The translations under genes were made by a program, and so were the position numbers. Of a stretch of DNA of 64,000 bases, positions 57,299-64,000 are shown piece by piece; position 1 is the stretch's first letter; every line of letters starts with the position of its first letter. Below the pieces are notes generated by a model that was given only the letters and a program-made list of their open reading frames with translations, was not told where the DNA came from and searched no databases. The stretch is taken from contig JBDRUV010000001.1 in the NCBI GenBank assembly GCA_039801505.1, forward strand, positions 198,714 to 262,713, given 5' to 3'. The stretch is from a candidate division WOR-3 bacterium. Its GTDB lineage: Bacteria > Hydrothermota > Tepidihabitantia > Tepidihabitantales > CAIPLT01.

Positions 57299-57922
57299 AT
57301 GCGGCTAAATGTTGGCGCGACCCGAATGGAGCTTTTGCGCCTGAAGCGGCGGCTTTTAGTTGCCCGGCGCGGCCATAAGCTTCTTAAAGACAAACAAGAA
57401 CAGCTGATGCGAAAGATTTTAGAGTTGATTCGGGAGATCAAGGGGGCTCGAGAAAAAATTACTCCGGAACTTACCGAAATTAACGAGAAGTTTTTTTGGG
57501 CCCAAACCTACGGCATGGCAGCTGATTATGACGAGGTCTTGGCCAGTGCGGCGCGCAAAATTGAATTGGAATTAGGCGCCCATAGTATTGTAAATATTAA
57601 TGTGCCGATGATTAACAAATTAGATCTCACCGGCCCGATAATCAACTATAATTATATTCTTACCTCCGGGGAATTAGATATTGCCCTGATCAGACTAAAT
57701 AACATTTTACCCGCCTTAATAAATTTAGTTATTACCGAAAAGACCTTAGAGTTAATGGCTGAAGAATTAGAGCGCACCCGGCGTCGGGTTAATGCCTTAG
57801 AATATGTATTAATTCCTTCATTAGAAGAGACGATTCGGTATATCAATATGAAACTTGCTGAGGTTGAACGGGGCAACCTGGTTCGCCTGATGAGAATTAA
57901 AGAGATTATTCGCGGTTCATGA
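57299..57922 (+). CDS. V-type (A-type) ATP synthase subunit D homolog, orphan
   Basis: The N-terminus MRLNVGATRMELLRLKRRL and the C-terminus ...RTRRRVNALEYVLIPSLEETIRYI... match NtpD/AtpD. No other V-ATPase genes are nearby. Confidence 0.7.
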   Translation: MRLNVGATRMELLRLKRRLLVARRGHKLLKDKQEQLMRKILELIREIKGAREKITPELTEINEKFFWAQTYGMAADYDEVLASAARKIELELGAHSIVNINVPMINKLDLTGPIINYNYILTSGELDIALIRLNNILPALINLVITEKTLELMAEELERTRRRVNALEYVLIPSLEETIRYINMKLAEVERGNLVRLMRIKEIIRGS

Positions 57923-58233
57923 AAAAGAGACTTGTAATTGTGTATGCCACCCTGATAGTATTAATTGTGACCTTAATACCCTTACCATCTAAAATTACCC
58001 AAGTAAGCCAGCCTTGGGATAAATTGGTGCATTTTTCAGTCTTTAGTATATTAGGTTTTGTGGCCCAAAGTGTGATATCTCTGTTTTCTTTACTCTACGG
58101 ATTATTTTTGTCTAGTGTTACTGAATTCTTACAAAAATTTATTCCCGGCCGGGCACCGGATATCACCGATTGGGCTACTAATTTAATTGGGATAATTATT
58201 GGCAGTAGTTTTTGGGAACTAATTCGGAAATAA
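57919..58233 (+). CDS. VanZ-like small membrane protein
   Basis: 104 aa with 3-4 TM helices and VanZ-like topology. Its start overlaps the preceding stop. Confidence 0.45.
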   Translation: MKKRLVIVYATLIVLIVTLIPLPSKITQVSQPWDKLVHFSVFSILGFVAQSVISLFSLLYGLFLSSVTEFLQKFIPGRAPDITDWATNLIGIIIGSSFWELIRK

Positions 58234-58246
58234 GAGGTAGCGTATA

Positions 58247-59491
58247 ATGATTATCAATAACCCTAAAGGCACCCAGGATTTTTTACCGCCATTATCAACC
58301 CAAAAGAGTTATCTGGAGAACACTTTTCGGAAAATTGCCCAACTTTATGGTTTTGAAGAAATTGTTACCCCGACTTTTGAACATACTGAACTTTTTTTGC
58401 GCTCTACCGGCCTTACTACCGATATCGTTACTAAGCAGATGTATACTTTTGTGGATAAGGGGAATAGAAATCTTGCCTTGCGACCCGAAGGCACCCCTGG
58501 AGTCGTTCGAGCCGTGCTGCAATACAACTTAAAATTGCCTATTCGGCTTTTCTATATTGGACCTATGTTTCGCTATGAACGTCCCCAAAAGGGTCGTTAT
58601 CGAGAATTTTATCAACTGGGCGTCGAGATTATTGGCGAAGGACAACCGGAAGCCGAGCTAGAACTAATCGATTTGGCGATGAGATATTTTCGTGAACTTA
58701 AACTACCGGACGTGGTTACGAAGATTAATAGTGTTGGTTGTAAGGTATGTCGGCCGCAATTTCGCAATAGTTTAAAAAGCTTTCTTGCCGACAATTTATC
58801 TAAACTTTGTAATGACTGTAAAGTCCGAGCCGAACAGAATCCGCTTCGGGTGTTTGATTGCAAAGAAGACAGTTGTCAAGCGATTTACCAGCTGGCTCCG
58901 AAGATTACGGACCATCTGTGCTATGAATGTCAAAATCATTTTCAAAGAGTGCTTGAAGGCCTTAGCAAGCGCAAACTGCCTTTCGAACTAGATAAGTCAC
59001 TGGTCCGGGGTCTTGATTATTATACCCGCACCACATTTGAGTTTGTACCGATAGGAGCCTCGGAACTTGGCAGTAAAGACAGCATTGGGGGCGGTGGTCG
59101 TTATGACAACCTGATAAAAGACTTCGGTGGTCCTCAAGCCCCTGCGATCGGTTTTGCCCTGGGGCTTGAACGCATTTTACTGTGTTTGCCCAAATTGGAA
59201 CGCTGGCGGCCATTGGTTTTTATTATTAGCTTAGACGAGAAAGCCGACACCGAGGCAGAAGAATTAGTTCATAAGCTGCGCGACGCTGGTATTCCGGCCC
59301 TCAAGTCACCTCAGGTAAAAACTTTGCGGTCCGGACTGGGGCTAGCGGACACCTTATATTGTAAATTTGTAATTATTATTGGCGAAGATGAACTACAAAA
59401 AAAGGCCTACACGGTAAAAAATCTTGTAGACCGCAGCCAAGTTGAAGTTGCTCAGGATAAACTAACTGAGTATCTAAAAGCGAGCTTATAA
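58247..59491 (+). CDS. hisS: Histidine--tRNA ligase
   Basis: It has class II aaRS motifs and HisRS signatures (...RPEGTPGVVRA..., ...GGGGRYD...). Confidence 0.92.
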   Translation: MIINNPKGTQDFLPPLSTQKSYLENTFRKIAQLYGFEEIVTPTFEHTELFLRSTGLTTDIVTKQMYTFVDKGNRNLALRPEGTPGVVRAVLQYNLKLPIRLFYIGPMFRYERPQKGRYREFYQLGVEIIGEGQPEAELELIDLAMRYFRELKLPDVVTKINSVGCKVCRPQFRNSLKSFLADNLSKLCNDCKVRAEQNPLRVFDCKEDSCQAIYQLAPKITDHLCYECQNHFQRVLEGLSKRKLPFELDKSLVRGLDYYTRTTFEFVPIGASELGSKDSIGGGGRYDNLIKDFGGPQAPAIGFALGLERILLCLPKLERWRPLVFIISLDEKADTEAEELVHKLRDAGIPALKSPQVKTLRSGLGLADTLYCKFVIIIGEDELQKKAYTVKNLVDRSQVEVAQDKLTEYLKASL

Positions 59492-59499
59492 AATTTTAA

Positions 59500-60090
59500 C
59501 TACTTGCCACCCCGGCCAGGGACTTCTAGTGCTATACCGGATTTACACAATGGGCAATTTTCCGGTTGATAATTTTCAATCGGTGCCCGATAACAAGAAA
59601 AGAGCTTTAGTTTATGATTGCGAAAATAAAATTCTAAATCTTTCTCGCTTCGATCAATAAAGACGCCGATGCCGACTACGACACCAGAGAATAGTTCTAA
59701 AGCATTGAGGGTTTCGTTAATTGAGGAACCAGTTGTAAGCACATCATCAACGACCAAAATTTTGGTGCCCTCAGGAATTGAAAATCCGCGACGAATAATC
59801 CGCCCCGGCGTACCTTTTTGAGTTTCGGCGAAGATGCATTTAGCTTTAAGTTGTCGAGCAACTTCGTAGGCAATAATTATCCCCCCCGTGGTCGGTCCGC
59901 ACACCACTTGAATTCCTTCATCTTGAAAATACTGCGCAATGGATTGAGCCAAGAGCACCACTAACTCCGGATTTTCTAAGATACGAAATTTCTCAAAATA
60001 TTTAGCACTATGTAGTCCTGAACTTAAAAGAAAATGCCCATCCCTGAGGACTTTATAATCTTCTAAAAGACGCTCAATATTCATATTCAA
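59500..60090 (-). CDS. pyrE: Orotate phosphoribosyltransferase
   Basis: It has a PRPP-binding motif (VLVVDDVLTTGSS). Confidence 0.88.
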   Translation of the reverse strand: MNMNIERLLEDYKVLRDGHFLLSSGLHSAKYFEKFRILENPELVVLLAQSIAQYFQDEGIQVVCGPTTGGIIIAYEVARQLKAKCIFAETQKGTPGRIIRRGFSIPEGTKILVVDDVLTTGSSINETLNALELFSGVVVGIGVFIDRSEKDLEFYFRNHKLKLFSCYRAPIENYQPENCPLCKSGIALEVPGRGGK

Positions 60091-60093
60091 ATT

Positions 60094-60843
60094 TTAAATT
60101 TTAAGCTCTTCACGGATTCTTTTTATGACTGCAACTGGATCTAGGGCTTGAATAATCGGCCGCCCAACCACAATATAATCAGCACCATTTTGAGCAGCGT
60201 AACGTGGAGTTTCAAATCGTACCTGATCATCAGTGGCTAGTTTTTTGGCTCCTTCAGCAGTTTTTGTCTCTTGCGGCACCAATCTTATGCCCGGAACAAC
60301 AACAATGAAATCTCCACCGCACTTCTTTTTGATAGCTTTAATTTCATGAGCTGAAGCTACAACACCATCTAATCCAGCTTTTTTAGCTAAATAAGCTAGT
60401 CGGCAGACCTCAGCGGTAAGATTACGCATACTTTTTTTACCCCATAAGATTGCTAAGGCTTTTGGTGAAATACTTGTAAGAATTGTTACTCCTAAAATTA
60501 TTGGGCGTTTTTCCAATCGATATTTTTCTGAGAATTCTCTTAGGGTGTCTGCGGCCATTTTCATCATTTCTATCCCACCGGTCGTGTGGATGGTTATCAT
60601 TGAGACACCTAATTGTAAACTGCTTAGAAGGGCTTTGCATACAACACTTGGAATATCACAAAACTTTAAGTCTAAAAAGACTTCTTCCTGTGCTTTGACC
60701 AAGTACTTAATGATTGAGGGGCCGGTTTTTGTGTATAAATCGATACCGATTTTATACACATCAACAAAGCTTTGTGTACGGCGATAAATTTTTTTGGCTT
60801 GGTGAATATTATCAGCTTGGAGCGCCAAAATTAGTTTGGTCAT
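60094..60843 (-). CDS. pyrF: Orotidine 5'-phosphate decarboxylase
   Basis: It has the OMPdecase fold (...DLKFCDIP...) and sits within the pyr operon. Confidence 0.82.
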   Translation of the reverse strand: MTKLILALQADNIHQAKKIYRRTQSFVDVYKIGIDLYTKTGPSIIKYLVKAQEEVFLDLKFCDIPSVVCKALLSSLQLGVSMITIHTTGGIEMMKMAADTLREFSEKYRLEKRPIILGVTILTSISPKALAILWGKKSMRNLTAEVCRLAYLAKKAGLDGVVASAHEIKAIKKKCGGDFIVVVPGIRLVPQETKTAEGAKKLATDDQVRFETPRYAAQNGADYIVVGRPIIQALDPVAVIKRIREELKI

Positions 60844-61680
60844 TTATTCCTCCAGCTCTTTAAGTATTTTAAGGCCCAAAAAGGGATCAACTAAATTTCC
60901 CGAGCCAATCGCTACCAGTTGAGCTCCGGCCAGAAGAAATTCTTTTACATCATTAGCAGTCATTATGCCTCCTCCGCCAATGATTGGGACATCTAGTTTT
61001 TGTCTAATATGCCATATACAATATAATGCAAAAGGCTTTATCGCCGGTCCAGAAAGTCCACCCGTGATGCCTCCCAAGATGGGTTTACGGGTTTTTACAT
61101 CAAATGCTATCCCATATAAAGTATTAATTAACGATATCGCATCAGCACCATTGTCAACAGCAGCTTGAGCAGTAATTAAAGGATCAATAAAATTTGCGGT
61201 TAGCTTAGCGATCAAAAATTTGCTGGTTTTTTTACGTACAGCGGCCACGATTTTAGCAACTAGCCTCGGGTTTTGGGCTGGTAGTCGTTGGGAATTTTTG
61301 ATATTCGGACAGGAAAGATTGATTTCTAATCCCGCGATTTCGGGCACATCCAATTCTGTAGCTAATATCGTAAATTCATCTACGGAGCTCCCCGCAATAT
61401 TTATGAAAAGATTGGTTTGCAGTTTAGTTAATTTAGGTAGGATTGTGGTTTTAAATTTTTTTATTCCCGGGTTTTCAAGTCCGACTGAGTTTAAGATTCC
61501 GGATGGGGTTTCAAAAATTCTAGGTATAGGATTTCCTAAACGTTCCTCGATAGTAATTCCTTTGGTAATTATCCCGCCCATTTTATTAATTACACCTAAA
61601 AATTTATCACCTAGTCCAAATGTACCTGAAGCTAAGAGCAAAGGGTTTTTAAAAGTTAGATTTTTGATGATAACAGTCAT
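60844..61680 (-). CDS. pyrD: Dihydroorotate dehydrogenase (class 1B) catalytic subunit
   Basis: It has a TIM barrel with FMN-binding motifs (...NLSCPN..., ...IIGGGGI...). Confidence 0.85.
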   Translation of the reverse strand: MTVIIKNLTFKNPLLLASGTFGLGDKFLGVINKMGGIITKGITIEERLGNPIPRIFETPSGILNSVGLENPGIKKFKTTILPKLTKLQTNLFINIAGSSVDEFTILATELDVPEIAGLEINLSCPNIKNSQRLPAQNPRLVAKIVAAVRKKTSKFLIAKLTANFIDPLITAQAAVDNGADAISLINTLYGIAFDVKTRKPILGGITGGLSGPAIKPFALYCIWHIRQKLDVPIIGGGGIMTANDVKEFLLAGAQLVAIGSGNLVDPFLGLKILKELEE

Positions 61681-62462
61681 TTATTAAGACTTGATAAATC
61701 GACTTTTTTTAGACTAAATACTGGGCCATCGGTACAAATTCTGAGGTATTTTCCTTCGCGAGTTTTTACTCCACAACAATAACACAGGCCACAACCACAC
61801 CCCATTTTGGCCTCAAGAAAGCCATAAACCGGGATTTCTGGTAGAATTTGCAGTTTTAATTCTAAATTCTTTAACATTGGTAGTGGACCACTGGCGAATA
61901 TGTAGTTAATTTTTTGGTTTCTTAAAAAATCAGGGCTTAAAAAATCGAGAATTACGCCTTTTTTACCATAAGAACCGTCTTCAGTCGCTAAAACCATTTT
62001 ACGACACAAGGGCTTTAACTCGTTAACCAGTATTAATTCTTTCTTAGTCTTAGCGCCATAGTATAAAAAAATTTCATTATTTTTAGCTAACTTTGAGGCT
62101 AAAAATCGTAAAGGTGCGATTCCAACACCCCCAGCGCATAGTACGACTTTTTTGTTTTTTAACTTTGGTATCGGTTTACCTAATGGTCCTAGAACATTTA
62201 GGATTTCGCCTGGTTTTCGCGTACTTAGGACTTTTGTACCCTTACCCACTACTCGATATACGATACGAATCATATTTTTTGTGCAATCAGCAATTGCGAA
62301 TGGCCGAGGCAAAATAAACGAATAATCGTTTGTTATTCTTATCATTACAAATTGTCCTGGTTTGGCCTGTTTAGCAACATGTGGGCTATTTAGTTTCATG
62401 GAATATATCTCTTCAGATAGACTATTATTGAAAATTATCTGGGCTTTTTCAGTAATTATCAT
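61677..62462 (-). CDS. pyrK: Dihydroorotate dehydrogenase electron-transfer subunit
   Basis: It has an FAD/NAD-binding ferredoxin-reductase fold plus a C-terminal 2Fe-2S Cys cluster (CGCGLCYCC). Confidence 0.82.
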   Translation of the reverse strand: MIITEKAQIIFNNSLSEEIYSMKLNSPHVAKQAKPGQFVMIRITNDYSFILPRPFAIADCTKNMIRIVYRVVGKGTKVLSTRKPGEILNVLGPLGKPIPKLKNKKVVLCAGGVGIAPLRFLASKLAKNNEIFLYYGAKTKKELILVNELKPLCRKMVLATEDGSYGKKGVILDFLSPDFLRNQKINYIFASGPLPMLKNLELKLQILPEIPVYGFLEAKMGCGCGLCYCCGVKTREGKYLRICTDGPVFSLKKVDLSSLNK

Positions 62463-63992
62463 TTATTCCATTCTTAACATTTTTTGGGCTTCACGGGCAT
62501 ATTCAGTATTCGGATATTCTTTAATAATTATTTTGAGAATTGTTTCGTATTTCAAGTGGTCGTTGTTATTGCTGCTATCGGCCCCAAAAATATTTTTATA
62601 AATCCAAGCTTGAGCCAAAAGCGCCTTGGGGGCATAACTACTTTTCGGATATTTTAAGTAAACCTTCTCATATTCGACTAATGCTTTAGTATAGTCTTTT
62701 AAATTGAGATGATATATTTCAGCAAGCTGAAACTGAATTTTTGCAGAATCGGGGTTAATCTCATAGACGTTTTTTAGTGAATCTTGAGAAAGTAGGGTTT
62801 TCGTCACATCTGAAAAAGATGTATCTTCTAAATTATTATTAGCATCGTTTTCTGGTATATTAACTATATTAACAATTTTCCGGGACGAGTCAATTTTTAA
62901 GCCAATATTAGCTACTGTGGTATCTTTTAGGCTTTTTAATAACTCCAGACGGATTTTCGCTTGGGTAGTAAAATTAGTGGTTTCTCTGCGAGTTAAAACT
63001 GCTTGATAGTAATGATAGGCACTATCGAATTGCCCTTGTGTTTCATAGTTATTGGCTAAAAACCATTGGGCTTCAATGACTGCTGGTGGGCTTTTAACTT
63101 TTTTAAAATATTTATTGGCTTCGTTTAGGTTATTCATTTGAGTAAATAGTTTACCTAAGCTTAAGTAAACCTCGTCGTTTAAGGTTTTCTGGGTACTTTT
63201 AAGGCTATCCTCAGATACCAGTTTATCAAGCATTGCCCTCCCTAAACTTTCTTGGCCGGCAATAATGTAGACTTTGGCAAGGTTTACTAATAGTTCATTA
63301 TAGACGCTTAAAGTATCAAGCACCACTTTAGGATAACGGCGTTCGATAAGCGTCTGACCCTTCTTGTAAGTGGCAGTTGCGTCAGAATAATTACCCAAAG
63401 CCTGTTGAACTTTTCCCAAGCTAACAAGAGCCGGGAAATAAACGACGCTCTTGGGATATTCTGTAATTAGTTGGGTCAAAACATTTTGAGCCTCCTGATA
63501 TTCCTCGCGTAAATAATGTAGCTCAGCCAACTTATATAGAACTTCAGCTTTTAATGACCCTGGGATTTTTTGAGTTTCATCTCTAATGAGTTCTTTAAGT
63601 CTTACTAAAGCGTTCTCGTAATCTCGATTAGCGATTAAGGCTTGGGCATAATAATAATTGACTTGGTAATTTAATTTTGTTTCCGGAAAAATCAAAAGCA
63701 GATTATCAAACTTGGCAATAGCCTTTGAATACTCACCTAAGTAGTAGTAGGACATGCCGATAATAAACAATGCGTTCGGCACGTAACGCGAACGAGGATA
63801 CTTAGAGATTACTTTGGCGGATTTTTCGATCGCTTTTTCAAAACTTGCTTTAGCCTGGCCGGGATTGGTTAATAGTTTTTCTTGGCCTTCCTTGTAGTAC
63901 TTCTGGGCGTTATAGAAAGTATTAAAATAGGCACAATTTATCCAGAAAAGAGTTATTAGTAGACAAATGCATTTATGTCGTCGTTGTTTCAC
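62463..63992 (-). CDS. Tetratricopeptide-repeat lipoprotein (YbgF/Tol-Pal-associated-like)
   Basis: 509 aa with a signal peptide plus a Cys and many TPR units (...YPRSRYVPNALFIIGMSYYYLGEY...). Confidence 0.55.
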   Translation of the reverse strand: MKQRRHKCICLLITLFWINCAYFNTFYNAQKYYKEGQEKLLTNPGQAKASFEKAIEKSAKVISKYPRSRYVPNALFIIGMSYYYLGEYSKAIAKFDNLLLIFPETKLNYQVNYYYAQALIANRDYENALVRLKELIRDETQKIPGSLKAEVLYKLAELHYLREEYQEAQNVLTQLITEYPKSVVYFPALVSLGKVQQALGNYSDATATYKKGQTLIERRYPKVVLDTLSVYNELLVNLAKVYIIAGQESLGRAMLDKLVSEDSLKSTQKTLNDEVYLSLGKLFTQMNNLNEANKYFKKVKSPPAVIEAQWFLANNYETQGQFDSAYHYYQAVLTRRETTNFTTQAKIRLELLKSLKDTTVANIGLKIDSSRKIVNIVNIPENDANNNLEDTSFSDVTKTLLSQDSLKNVYEINPDSAKIQFQLAEIYHLNLKDYTKALVEYEKVYLKYPKSSYAPKALLAQAWIYKNIFGADSSNNNDHLKYETILKIIIKEYPNTEYAREAQKMLRME

Positions 63993-64000
63993 AGTAAATG

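Noticed and set aside
1-64000. tRNA, rRNA, transposase, integrase or phage genes
   Set aside because: No T-arm (GGTTCGAATCC-like) or cloverleaf candidates appear in any intergenic region, and no IS or integrase-like ORFs are present. The window appears to be core chromosome.

Overview
This is a 64-kb chromosomal segment of a roughly 40% GC bacterium. The secreted proteins carry Por/T9SS-type C-terminal sorting domains and FG-GAP beta-propellers, which suggests an FCB-superphylum-like, probably uncultivated lineage. Coding density is high and most genes are housekeeping: rplM-rpsI, a detached rplR-rpsE-rpmD-rplO-secY block, ppsA, purQ, pdp, uvrC, rtcB, hflX, parAB, cca, cspA, folK, panBC, hisS and pyrEFDK. 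An anaerobic iorAB-buk module is also present. I found no transposases, integrases, CRISPR arrays or tRNA/rRNA genes. Features the gene calls do not explain: (1) a strongly structured ~190-nt non-coding RNA candidate driven by a perfect sigma70 promoter directly upstream of a Mut7-C/DUF82 nuclease gene; (2) a family of GC-rich palindromic intergenic repeats (core CCCCCGGACCGT...GGCACWGTGCC) with at least six copies, all upstream of promoters; (3) a recurrent promoter grammar TTGAC(A/T)-N16/17-TA(T/A)AAT placed only 5-12 nt before the start codon, so many mRNAs are leaderless or nearly so; (4) an orphan consensus promoter feeding directly into an intrinsic terminator; (5) a lipoprotein/vWA/membrane/serpin operon inserted between fragments of the ribosomal-protein cluster; (6) a cluster of giant FG-GAP propeller proteins with T9SS-type CTDs; (7) an orphan V-type ATPase D-subunit homolog; and (8) two likely gene disruptions or annotation problems (a split GT2, and an rsmI N-terminus with no canonical start).
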